A stretch of 64,000 nt of DNA from Candidatus Eiseniibacteriota bacterium. GTDB taxonomy: Bacteria > Eisenbacteria > RBG-16-71-46. Below, one piece after another: positions 10,615-22,903 of this stretch. The position numbers and the translations under genes are program-made. Position 1 is the stretch's first letter. Each line of letters starts with the position of its first letter. The stretch lies in assembly GCA_963717935.1 (NCBI GenBank), contig CAVQXP010000002.1:352001-416000 (forward strand), written 5' to 3'. Below the pieces are notes generated by a model, which was given only the letters and a program-made list of their open reading frames with translations, searched no databases and was not told the DNA's origin.

Positions 10615-11970
10615 TTGACCTCGGCAGGCGGGAGGCCGGGCAGCGCCCAGGCCGCGCGACGCTGGGGCGTCGTGGGCGGGGGCATGCTCGGGCTGACGCT
10701 CGCCCACCGGCTCGCGCAGCGGGGCCTGGACGTCACCGTCTTCGAGGGCGCGGACCGCCTGGGCGGGCTCGCCAGCGCCTGGGGCCTGGGCCCGATCACC
10801 TGGGACCGCCACTACCACGTCACGCTGTTCTCCGACACCGCGCTGCGCGGGCTGCTCGGCGAGCTGGGCCTCGAGCGGGAGCTGCGCTGGGTGCGGACCC
10901 GGACGGGGTTCTACACCGGTGGCCGGCTCTACTCGATGTCCGACGCGTTCGAGTTCCTGCGCTTCCCGCCGCTGGGGCTCGTGGACAAGGCACGGCTGGC
11001 CCTGACCATCCTGCACGCCTCCCGGATCCGCGACTGGAAGGACCTCGAGCGGATCCCCGTGGCCGACTGGCTGCGCCGCTGGTCGGGCCCACGCACGCTC
11101 GAGAAGATCTGGCTGCCCCTGCTGCGCGCCAAGCTGGGGGAGGGCTACAAGGAGACCTCGGCCGCATTCATCTGGGCGACCATCGCACGGCTCTACGCGG
11201 CCCGCCGCAGCGGCCTGGGCGAGGAGCGCTTCGGCTACGTGCCCGGCGGCTACGCGCGCGTCCTCGAGCGCTTCGGCGAGGTCCTCGCGGCCGAAGGCGT
11301 GCGGGTGCACCTGGGCCGCCCGGCGCGCCGGGTCGAGCGGCAGGCGGGTGGCGGGATCGCCGTCGAATCCGCGGACGGCGCGCGCGACGTCTTCGATGCC
11401 GTCATCGTCACCCCGGCGACACCCATCGCGGCCCGGCTCGTCGCCGGGCTCGAGGACGACGAGCGCGCGCGGCTCGAGGCGGTCCGCTACCAGGGGATCG
11501 TCTGCGCCTCGCTGCTGCTCAAGCGGCCACTGGGCGGTTTCTACGTCACGAACATCACCGACGACTGGGTGCCCTTCACGGGCGTGATCGAGATGACCGC
11601 GCTGGTGGACCCGGCGCAGTTCGGCGGGAACACGCTGGTCTATCTGCCGCGCTACGTGCCGCCGGGTGACCCGCTCTTCACCCGCTCCGACGCCGAGATC
11701 CAGGAGACGTTCATGGCGGCGATCGGGCGGATGTACCCCGGCCTCGGGCCGCCGGACCTGCTGGCCTTCCGGGTCTCGCGGGTCCCGTACGTGTTCCCCA
11801 TCCCGACCCTGGGCTATTCGGACCGCGTGCCCCCGATGAGCACCTCGATCCCGGGCGTGCACGTCGTGAGCTCGGCTCACATCGTCAACGGAACGCTCAA
11901 CGTCAACGAGACGGTCCAACTGGCCGAGCGGGCGGTGGAGCGCCTGACCGGAGCCTCCCGCCCGGGCTGA
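10615..11970 (+). CDS. FAD-dependent oxidoreductase (amine oxidase/HemY-like fold), glycosylation-cluster type
   Basis: VVGGGMLG...FEGADRLGGLA dinucleotide-binding motif, DRHYH. Confidence 0.8.
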   Translation: MTSAGGRPGSAQAARRWGVVGGGMLGLTLAHRLAQRGLDVTVFEGADRLGGLASAWGLGPITWDRHYHVTLFSDTALRGLLGELGLERELRWVRTRTGFYTGGRLYSMSDAFEFLRFPPLGLVDKARLALTILHASRIRDWKDLERIPVADWLRRWSGPRTLEKIWLPLLRAKLGEGYKETSAAFIWATIARLYAARRSGLGEERFGYVPGGYARVLERFGEVLAAEGVRVHLGRPARRVERQAGGGIAVESADGARDVFDAVIVTPATPIAARLVAGLEDDERARLEAVRYQGIVCASLLLKRPLGGFYVTNITDDWVPFTGVIEMTALVDPAQFGGNTLVYLPRYVPPGDPLFTRSDAEIQETFMAAIGRMYPGLGPPDLLAFRVSRVPYVFPIPTLGYSDRVPPMSTSIPGVHVVSSAHIVNGTLNVNETVQLAERAVERLTGASRPG

Positions 11971-11982
11971 GCGCGGCCGGCC

Positions 11983-12125
11983 GGGAATCCGCCTGCGAGC
12001 GTCCGGGCCCGGATCGACCACGGCGGGAATCCCTCCGCGAGCGTCCGGGCCCGGACAGAGCGCGGCGGGAATCCCTCCGCGAGCGTCCGGGCCCGGACAG
12101 AGCGCGGCGGGAATCCCTCCGCGAG
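11983..12125. repeat. 42-bp tandem repeat, ~3.4 copies, intergenic, palindrome-rich
   Basis: Unit GGGAATCCCTCCGCGAGCGTCCGGGCCCGGACAGAGCGCGGC starts at 11983 (degenerate), 12025, 12067 and 12109 (partial). Confidence 0.93.
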
Positions 12126-12336
12126 GACGCTGCGCGCGGCCATCCTGGCCGTGCTCGCTCCCGGGCAATCCCCCGGCCGCCGCATCCTGCGTCGGCCGGG
12201 GCCCGGACCCTCGCTGCGGGGTCCCCGCCGCGCTCAGTCCGGGCCCCGCCACCACGGGGAGGTCCGCGCCCACAGGAATGAAAGCCCCCGGTTGGCGTAG
12301 GATGTCCGTGCATCCACCCTCGACCCCGGAGGAACC

Positions 12337-13691
12337 ATGAAGCGATGCCTCGTCGTGTCCTTGCCCGCCGTCGGGCTCCTGCTGGCGCTGGCCGCGGTCG
12401 CCGCGGCCGCCAGCCCCGCCGTCACCGTCTACACCCGTGACCTCGGCTTCGTGCGCGAGACCCGCGCGCTGGAGCTGGCGGGCGGGCGCGACACCGTGCG
12501 GCTCTCGGACCTGCCCGAGCGGCTCGACTTCTCCTCGGTGCGGCTCGTCCCTGCGGGCGCGGCGCGCGTCACCCGGCTCGCCTACCGCTGGGACGTGGCG
12601 AGCGGCGATGCCTTCCTCGAGAACGCGGTCGGCAAGCGCGTGAGCGTCAACTCGCGCGGCGACCGGGTGACCGAGGGGACGCTGGTCACGAGCGACGGCT
12701 CGTGGCTCGTGGTGCGCGCCGACGACGGTTCGCTCTCGACCCTCGCGCGCAGCGCGGTCGAGGCCGTGCGGCTGGCCACACCGGCGGCGCGGCTCTCGCT
12801 GCGGCCCACGCTGGAAGCCGTGATCGAGGACGGCAGGCGCGGGAGCGCCGACCGCCGAGCTGTCCTATCTGACCGGCGGGCTCTCCTGGAGCGCCGAGCA
12901 CACCGTGGTGCGACGGGGCGAGCGCGAGGCGGTCTGGTCGGCCACCGTGACCGTGCAGAACTCCACCGGCCGGGACTACGTGGACGCCACGCTCAAGCTC
13001 GTGGCGGGCGAGCCCAGGCGCGATCAGGCGCGGCTGATGCCCGCGATGCGGGCCATGGCGATGGACGGCGAGATGAAGATGGCAGGCGCCCCCGACCTCT
13101 CGGAGGAGAGCTTCGCCGAGTACCACCTCTACACCCTGGGCCGCCCGGCCACGCTGCGCGGACGCGAGCAGCAGTCCTTCACCCTGATCGAGCCGCGCGT
13201 CGTGAAGGTGACGCCGCGCTACGTCTACCGTGGCGGCGATGCGCGCGGCGTGATGAGCCAGATGCAGATCGTGGACTCGAAGGAGGCCGGGCTCGGCCTG
13301 CCCGCTGCCGGCCGGGCGCGTGCGCTTCTACGAGGTCGACCCGGCGGGCGCTCCGCAGTTCACCGGCGAGAGCAGCATCAAGCACACGCCGGAGGGGGAG
13401 AAGCTCGAGCTTGAGGTCGGGGCCGCGTTCGACCTCAAGGCGGAGCGCCGCGACCTGTACAACAAGCGCATCAGTGATCGCGAGCGCGAGTACTCGGTCG
13501 AGATCAGGCTGCGCGACCACAAGAAGAACGACGTCGTGATCGTCGTACGGGAGAGCGTGGGCGGGGACACCGAGATCACCCAGAAGACCCACGAGTTCAC
13601 GCGCAAGGACGCCAACACGATCGAGTTCGCGATCCCCGTCGCGGCCGGGAAGGAAGCGGTGCTGAGCTACACGGCACGCGTGCGGTACTGA
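12337..13691 (+). CDS. DUF4139-domain secreted protein (frameshifted near 12850 and 13310)
   Basis: Signal peptide, [54 protein letters not shown], across three reading frames. Confidence 0.8.
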
Positions 13692-13742
13692 GCGGGGGCG
13701 CCGGCCGCACCGGGAGGCCCCCCCGGCGCGGGCGAAGAGGCG

Positions 13743-13813
13743 GCGGTGCCCCGGGGTGGCGGTGGGCGAGCGGAGGCACCATGCGCTCGCCCACCGCCAC
13801 CCCGGGGCACCGC
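13743..13813. repeat. Perfect 30-bp inverted repeat with 11-nt spacer, upstream of uvrB
   Basis: GCGGTGCCCCGGGGTGGCGGTGGGCGAGCG (13743-13772) and its exact reverse complement (13784-13813). Confidence 0.95.
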
Positions 13814-13872
13814 GCACACGCGCGCGGTCCCCGCTCGACCCTTCGCCCCGGCTCGGGTAGCATCGCGCGGCC

Positions 13873-15979
<2,107 letters not shown>

Positions 15980-16873
15980 ATGCTCGACGCCATCGCCCTG
16001 CCGCTCGTCAAGTACGCGCTCTCCGAGGACGTGGGCACCGGGGACATCACCACCCTCAACGCCATCCCCTCCGGCGTGAACGCGCGCGCGGTGATCGTGA
16101 CGCGCGAGGACGGCGTGGCGGCCGGGATCGACGTCGCGCGCCTCACCTTCCGCGAGGCCGAGCCGCGGCTCAAGTTCCGCCCTCTGGCGGAGGACGGCGA
16201 CCGGTTGAAGGCGGGCGCGGCGCTGGCCCAGGTCACGGGCGAGGTGGGCGGCATCCTCAAGGCCGAGCGCACCGCGCTCAATTTCCTGCAGCGGCTCTGC
16301 GGCATCGCCACGCTGACCCGGCGCTTCGTGGACCAGATCGAGGGCACGGGGGCGACCATCCTCGACACGCGCAAGACCACGCCGGGGCTGCGCTTCCTCG
16401 AGAAGTACGCGGTCAAGTGCGGGGGCGGCGACAACCACCGGCTCGCGCTCTGGGACATGTACCTGGTCAAGGACAACCACATCCGGGCGGCGGGCGGGGT
16501 GACTGCCGCGCTCGAGCGCATCCTGCGCACGCGCCAGGGCGACCTGCTGCTCGAGGTCGAGGTGGAGTCGCTCGACCAGTTGCGCGAGGCGCTGCGGCCC
16601 GAGGTGGACCGGATCCTGGTGGACAACCGTCCGCCGGCCGAGGTGAAGAGCGCGGTCGAGGTGGTGGACGCGTGGTGCCGTGAGCATCCGCCCGACAGCC
16701 CGCGCATGACGCCCGGGGTGCGGCGCTGGCCCGAGGTCGAAGTGTCGGGCGGCATCACCCTGGCCACCGCGCGGGCCTACGCGGAGACCGGCGTGGACTA
16801 CCTCTCGATCGGGGCGCTCACCCATTCGGCGCCCGCCCTCAACCTGAGCCTGGAGATCGAGGACGTTGGCTAG
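15980..16873 (+). CDS. nadC: Nicotinate-nucleotide pyrophosphorylase (quinolinate phosphoribosyltransferase)
   Basis: EDVGTGDITT, ERTALNFLQ, DTRKTTPG, KDNHI, SIGALTHS. Confidence 0.95.
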   Translation: MLDAIALPLVKYALSEDVGTGDITTLNAIPSGVNARAVIVTREDGVAAGIDVARLTFREAEPRLKFRPLAEDGDRLKAGAALAQVTGEVGGILKAERTALNFLQRLCGIATLTRRFVDQIEGTGATILDTRKTTPGLRFLEKYAVKCGGGDNHRLALWDMYLVKDNHIRAAGGVTAALERILRTRQGDLLLEVEVESLDQLREALRPEVDRILVDNRPPAEVKSAVEVVDAWCREHPPDSPRMTPGVRRWPEVEVSGGITLATARAYAETGVDYLSIGALTHSAPALNLSLEIEDVG

Positions 16874-17720
16874 CACCTTCGACCGGGTGCGCTTCGGGTC
16901 GCGGCTCACGACGCGGCGGCTGGGCCGCACGCTCGTGGCGCGCGCCGAGGTCGGCTCCACGAACGACGAGGCCTGGGACGCGCTCGCCGTGGGCGCCCCC
17001 GATGGCACGGTGGTGGTCGCAGACGCCCAGGCGCGCGGGCGCGGGCGCGCCGGGCGCGCATGGCACACGGCGCCGGGCAAGGCGCTCGCGCTCTCGGTCC
17101 TGCTCCACGAGGGCTGCGACCGGCGCCAGCTCGGCGTGCTGCCCCTGGCCGCAGGCCTCGCCGTGGCGCAGGCCCTCGAGTCGCTGGGCGCGGCGCCCGC
17201 GCTCAAGTGGCCGAACGACGTGCTGCTCGAGGGCCGCAAGGTGGCGGGCGTGCTGTGCGAGAGCCGGCGGATCCAGGCTCCGCCGGGTTACCCCACGGCC
17301 CCGCCCACAGCGGCGGTCGCTCCCGCGGGCGCGCGCGATGCGGCCGTCGTGGGCGTGGGCGTGAACGTCGCGCAGGCCGCCGGCGACTTCCCGCCGGAGA
17401 TCGCGGAGACCGCGACCTCGCTCGCGCTCGCCGGGGTCGTGACCGACCGCGAGAGCGTGGCGGCCGCGTTCCTGGACGCGCTCGAGACCCGGTGGACGGA
17501 GCTGCAGCAGGGCGGGCGCGCGGCGCTGCTCGCCGCCTGGAGCGCACGCGCGGACTTCTGGGGGCGCCCGGTCACCGTGCGCGCGCCCGCGGGCGTGGTG
17601 ACCGGGATCGCGCGCGCCCTGGACCCGGACGGGGCGCTGGTGCTGGTGCTCGAAGACGGCGCCGAGACCGTGGTGCTGGCGGGCGACCTCGAGGTGGCGG
17701 CGGGGGAGGCGCGGTCATGA
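16866..17720 (+). CDS. birA: Biotin-protein ligase (no N-terminal HTH)
   Basis: STN, QARGRGRAGRAW, LKWPNDV, KVAGVL, GVGVNV. Confidence 0.92.
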   Translation: MASTFDRVRFGSRLTTRRLGRTLVARAEVGSTNDEAWDALAVGAPDGTVVVADAQARGRGRAGRAWHTAPGKALALSVLLHEGCDRRQLGVLPLAAGLAVAQALESLGAAPALKWPNDVLLEGRKVAGVLCESRRIQAPPGYPTAPPTAAVAPAGARDAAVVGVGVNVAQAAGDFPPEIAETATSLALAGVVTDRESVAAAFLDALETRWTELQQGGRAALLAAWSARADFWGRPVTVRAPAGVVTGIARALDPDGALVLVLEDGAETVVLAGDLEVAAGEARS

Positions 17721-18490
17721 GCGGGGACCTGCGGCCGGCCGGGGAGATGAGCTTCCTGCAGCACCTCGAGGAACTGCGCAAGGTGCTGACGCGCTCGCTG
17801 GTCGCCTGCGCGGTGGGGGCGACCGGCGGCTGGTGGCTGGCCCCGCGCGTGCTCGAGGACATCATCCAGCGCACGGTGAAGCACGTCATCGTGCTCGGGC
17901 CGCTGGAGGCCTTCAACGAGCGGCTCAAGCTGGCGTTCATCCTGGGCCTGTGCATCGCGCTGCCCATCGTCTTCTTCCAGATCTGGAGCTTCATCGTCCC
18001 GGGGCTCTTCAAGCGCGAGCGCCGGCTCATCCTGCCCATGGCCATGCTCTCGATGGTCCTCTTCGTGGCGGGGGCGGCGTGCTCGTACTTCTACGTCACG
18101 CCGCTGGTGGTGCGCGTGCTGGGTGGCTTCATGACCGCGAGCATGCAGGAGCAGATCCGCATCGGCGCCCTGCTCTCGTTCTTCTACAACCTGGCGCTGG
18201 CCTGCGGCGTGGTGTTCCAGCTGCCGCTCGTCACCATGACGCTCACGGCGCTCGGGCTGGTCACGCCGGGCTTCCTGCTGCGCCAGTGGCGCTACGCCAT
18301 CGTGCTCGTGTTCCTGGTCACGGCCATGATCACGCCCGGCGACGTGGTGACGGCCCAGCTCATCATGGGGCTGCCCATGCTCGGGCTCTATTTCCTGAGC
18401 GTCGGGCTCTCCTGGCTCGTGGCGCGGCGCCGCCGCAAGCCGGACGCCGGATCCCGCGCCGACATCGTCGAGGAGGGTGACCGTGCCTGA
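17717..18490 (+). CDS. tatC: Twin-arginine translocase subunit TatC
   Basis: MSFLQHLEELR, QIWSFIVPGL, FQLP, WRYAI, ITPGD. Confidence 0.95.
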   Translation: MSGDLRPAGEMSFLQHLEELRKVLTRSLVACAVGATGGWWLAPRVLEDIIQRTVKHVIVLGPLEAFNERLKLAFILGLCIALPIVFFQIWSFIVPGLFKRERRLILPMAMLSMVLFVAGAACSYFYVTPLVVRVLGGFMTASMQEQIRIGALLSFFYNLALACGVVFQLPLVTMTLTALGLVTPGFLLRQWRYAIVLVFLVTAMITPGDVVTAQLIMGLPMLGLYFLSVGLSWLVARRRRKPDAGSRADIVEEGDRA

Positions 18491-19283
18491 GCGGCGCACA
18501 CGCCCGCGGTCCGTCCGCGGCGGCCGGCTGCTGACCGTGGACATCGGCAACAGCGATACCGTGGTGGGACGTTTTCGCGGCGCCGCGCTGGACGGGTTCT
18601 GGCGGCTGACGAGCGGGCGCCTCACGGCCGACGAGGCGACGCTCCTGCTGGAGCAGCTCCTGGGCCGCGGCCGGGCCGCGCGCCCGCGGGGGGCCGTGCT
18701 CTGCTCGGTGGTGCCCAACCTGACGCTGGCCTGGAGCGAAGCGCTCGAGCGCGTCACCGGCCGGGCCCCGCTCGAGGTGACGGCGGAGACGGTGCGCGAT
18801 CTGCTTCCCATCCGCTACCACGACCCGGGCGCCGTGGGCGCCGACCGCATCGCCAACGCGCTCGCCGCACGCGTCCTGTACGGCACGCCGGCCATCGTCG
18901 TGGACCTGGGCACGGCCACCACCTTCGACTGCATCTCCCGCGAGGGCGCCTACCTGGGCGGGGCGATCTCCCCGGGGGTGGGCACCTCGGCCGAGGAGCT
19001 GTTCCGGCGCGCCGCGCGCGTGCCGCGCGTCGAGTTGCGGCGGCCGCGCCGCGCGCTCGGGCGCACGACCGAGGAGTCGCTCCGGGCCGGCGTGCTGTGG
19101 GGCGCGGCCGGGCTGGTGGACGCGCTGGTGCGCCGGCTCGCGCGCGAGATGAAGGGCAAGCCCAGGGTGATCGCCACGGGGGGCTGGGCGAAGATCGTGG
19201 CCCCCGAGTGCGAGACCGTCCAGGCCGTGGACGAGGGGCTCACGCTCAAGGGCATGAGGATCCTCTGGGACGAGCGGTCGTGA
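18483..19283 (+). CDS. coaX: Type III pantothenate kinase
   Basis: VDIGNS, SVVP, GADRIAN, VDLGTATTFD, GGAISPG, ATGG. Confidence 0.93.
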   Translation: MPERRTRPRSVRGGRLLTVDIGNSDTVVGRFRGAALDGFWRLTSGRLTADEATLLLEQLLGRGRAARPRGAVLCSVVPNLTLAWSEALERVTGRAPLEVTAETVRDLLPIRYHDPGAVGADRIANALAARVLYGTPAIVVDLGTATTFDCISREGAYLGGAISPGVGTSAEELFRRAARVPRVELRRPRRALGRTTEESLRAGVLWGAAGLVDALVRRLAREMKGKPRVIATGGWAKIVAPECETVQAVDEGLTLKGMRILWDERS

Positions 19284-21105
19284 GGATCCTGCGGGCGCTG
19301 GCGCTGGGGACACTCCTGCTGGCCGTGTCCACGGTGCCGCGGGCCGCGGCGGTGTCGCGCGTACCCGCTGTGCTCCCCGACAGCGCGCGCCTGCTGCACC
19401 TCGTCCGCGAGCTCACCGACCCGCGGCTGGAGGGGCGCGGCGTGGGCACCGCCGGGATCGAGCTGGCCGCCGACCTGGTCGAGCGGGAGATGCGCGCGCT
19501 CGGGCTCGTGCCCGCCGGGGACGACGGCGGCTGGCAGCCAGGGCTTCGAGGTCACCACCGGCGCCGAGGTCGGCCATCCGACGCTCGCTCGCGCTGGGCG
19601 GGACGCTGCACGAGGCGGGCGGCGCCTTCCAGCCGCTCGGCTTCTCGAACAACGGCACGCTCACCGCGCCCGTGGTGTTCGCGGGCTACGGCATCAGCGC
19701 GCCGGGCTACGACTACGACGACTACGCCGGGCTCGACGTGCGCGACCGGATCGTGCTCGTGCTCTCGAACGAGCCCGGCGAGCTGGACTCGACCAGCCGC
19801 TTCGACGGCACGGTGAACACGCCGTTCGCCGAGCTGCGCACCAAGGCCATCGACGCCCGCGAGCACGGGGCGCTGGGGCTGCTGGTCGTGAACGGCCCGC
19901 GCTGGCACGCCGGCGAGCCGGTGCGCAGGCCGCGCGCGGACGGGCAGGGCTACATGTCGAGCGGGCTGCTGGCGGGCTGGCTCGCGGATTCGCTGGGCGA
20001 GGCGCTGGTGCGCCGCGCGGGCACGAGCCTGCTCGCCGCCCAGCGGGCGATCGACAGCCTGGGGCGGCCGCGCGGCTTCCCCATCCCCGACTCGGTGACC
20101 CTCACGGTGACGCTGGCGCGCACGCGCGCCCGCATCCGCAACGTCGTCGGCCGGCTCCCCGGGCGGGACACCACGCGGGTCCTGGTGGTGGGCGCCCACT
20201 ACGACCACCTGGGCTTCGGCGGCGAGCGCTCGCTGCGCCCCGACGAGCGCGTCCCGCACCCGGGGGCCGACGACAACGCCTCGGGCACCGCGGCGCTGCT
20301 GGGCATCGCGCGGCTGCTCGCCGGCCGCGTTGAGCAGGGCTGGCGGCCGGAGCACGACCTCGTCTTCGCGGCCTTCACGGGCGAGGAGATGGGCATCGTG
20401 GGCTCCTCGCACTTCGTGGACCGGCCGCCGCGGCCGATCCAGAGCGTCGAGGCCATGCTCAACCTGGACATGGTGGGGCGCCTCAAGGACGGCAAGCTGA
20501 TGGTCATGGGGACGGGCACGGCGGCGGAGTTCCCGGCCCTGCTCGAGAACGCGAACCGCGCGGCCGGCTTCGACCTCAGGACCTCCGGCGACGGTTACGG
20601 CCCGAGCGATCACTCGTCCTTCTACAAGCGCCAGGTGCCCGTGCTGATGCTCTTCACGGGCGCCCACGCCGACTACCACCGGCCGTCCGACACCTGGGAC
20701 AGGATCGAAGGGCAGGGCCTGTGGCGCGTGACGCGCTTCGCCGCCGCGCTGGTCGAGTCGCTGGACGCGCGCCCGCGCCCGCACTATCTCAAGGCGAAGG
20801 CCGACAGCATGCGCGGGCGCATCGGGGGTGGGGGCGGCTACGGCGCCTACCTCGGCACGATCCCGGACTTCTCGCAGACCGAGGGTGGCGTGCTGCTCTC
20901 CGGCGTGCGGGAGGGAAGCCCGGCGGCGCAGGCCGGCCTCGCGCAGGGGGACGTGATCGTGAAGTTCGACGGCGTGCGCATCGACAACCTGTACGATTAC
21001 GCCTACGCCCTGCGCTCGCGGAAGCCGGGCCAGACGGCGCGGCTCGCCGTAGAGCGCAACGGGAGCCGGATGGAGGTCACCGTGACACTCGGGAAGCGGC
21101 CGTGA
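19280..21105 (+). CDS. M28 family aminopeptidase with PA and C-terminal PDZ domains (frameshifted ~19530-19600)
   Basis: Signal peptide, LEGRG, VFAGYGI...DDY, GAHYDHLG, GADDNASG, FTGEEMG, NLDMVG, SDH, YLGTIPD PDZ. Confidence 0.88.
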
Positions 21106-21109
21106 GGCC

Positions 21110-22880
21110 GTGGCGGCCTTGAGTCCGGAGGCTGGCGGCCCCAGGCCGGCCGTCGCTCGGGGGCTGCCCGCGCCCGGCATCGCCGCGGTGCTGCTGCTGG
21201 CGGTGCTGTTCGTGGCCACGCAGCATCCCGGCGCGCTGACCGTCCCCTTCGTCGGCGACGACTACTTCTCCCTGGACAAGACCCGCGACGCACCCCTTGC
21301 GGCCGTGTGGGCGCCGCAGGCCCTGGTGTCGCACTTCTACCGCCCGTGGTCGCGCGAGCTGCACTACTGGGTGCTCCAGCGCCTGTTCGGCCTGCGGGTC
21401 GAGCCCTACCACGCCGTCAGCATGGCGTTGTGGGTGGGGATCGTGGCGCTCTACTTCGCGCTCGTCCGGCGTCTCGCGGGGGGGCGCGTCGCCGCGCTCG
21501 CCACCGCCGCGGCGATGACGCTGGCAGGCTGGGGCGTGCTCATCGTGTGGGCCCAGGGGGCGCAGGACCTGTGGATGATCCTGTTCGCGCTCGCCTGCTT
21601 CCACGCCGTGGCGCGCGGCAGCGTGGCCTGGGCGTGCGTGGCGCAACTGCTCGCGCTCCTCAGCAAGGAGACCGCCGCGCTCCTGCCGCTCATGGTCTTC
21701 GTGCTGGAGTGGCGGGTCATGCGGCGCACGCCGGGAGAGGCCCTGAGGCGCACGGCGCCGCTCGCGGCGATCGCCCTGGCGTGGGCCGCGCTGCACCCGC
21801 TGCTCGGCGGCCGGCTGTGGTGGCCCCGGCTCGATCCGGTGCTGCCCGGGGTGCATCCCGGCCTCGCGCAGATCGCCGGCGCGCACGCTGCTCGCGGTCG
21901 TGAACCTGCACGCCCTGCCCGCGCCGGAGGCCGGGTGGCCGGCGACCCTGCGCCTGGCGCTGCCTGGTGCGGTCGCGGTGGTCGTGCTGGCGGTCTGGGG
22001 CCTGTTCGCGGGCAGGGGGCGCGGGGACGCGGCGCGCGGGGCCGCCCCGCGCAGAGCGGCCACCTTCGGCGTGGCCTGGGCGCTGCTGGGCTGGGCGCCG
22101 CTCCTGATGCCGACCGTGGCGTGGCACCCGTATCCCATCCTGCTCGGCGCGCTGGGCGCGTGGCTCGCGCTGGCGGTGGCGCTGGTCCGCGCGCCGTGGC
22201 CCGCGCTCGCGCTGGTCGGTGCCCTTGGCGTGGCCCGGGCGAGCCTGGCGACGACCCCCTCCGCGGACTGGGGCACGGAGTGGTTCCAGCTCCGGGCCGC
22301 GCGGTTCAGCGAGGCCGCGCACGGCGCGTTGCTCCGGCTGCGGCCCGCGCTCCCTCCGCACTCGCGCGTGTTCCTCGGCGGCGTTCCCGGGGGCGTGGGG
22401 CTGCTGCCCGGGGACGAGGAGTCGCCGCCCCTGCGCGTGTGGTACCGGGACCGCACGCTGCGCGCCGCGAGCTGGGAGCGCTACGCGCAGCGCCAGGCTG
22501 GCGACTCCCTGGGCGAGGACGTCTTCCTCCGCTTCGACTTCGAGGGTGGCTGGCGCGAGGTCGTGAGGGGCGCGGAGGACGTGGCGGCCGAGCGGGCCGG
22601 CGCGCCGTCCTGGCGCGCGGACCACGAGCGGCTCGCGGTCGCGCTCTCGCGCGGTGGCGACTGGGCGGCCGCGGCGGTCGAGTACACCAAGCTGGCGCGC
22701 GCCTTCCCGGCTGACGCGACGTATCCGTACTACGTGGGGCTCGCGCTCGCGGTGCAGGGCGACAGCCTCGGGGCGGTGGACTGGATCCGGGCGGCGGCGG
22801 CGCTGCCCTCGGCGGACCAGGAGATCCGGGCCGCCGCGCGGGCGCTGGTGCCGCGCGTGGGGAGCGCCGGCCCGCGCTGA
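21110..22880 (+). CDS. GT-C-like membrane protein with C-terminal TPR-like tail, paralog 1 (frameshift ~21878)
   Basis: PFVGDDYF, FYRPWSR, LLSKETA motifs typical of TMTC/GT-C-like proteins. Helical TPR-like C-terminus. Confidence 0.65.
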
Positions 22881-22903
22881 GCGCGGGCACGGCTGGAGGG
22901 CTC

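Noticed and set aside
11983..12125. Possible CRISPR array
   Set aside because: Units are contiguous and near-identical with no unique spacers, and there are no cas genes in the window.
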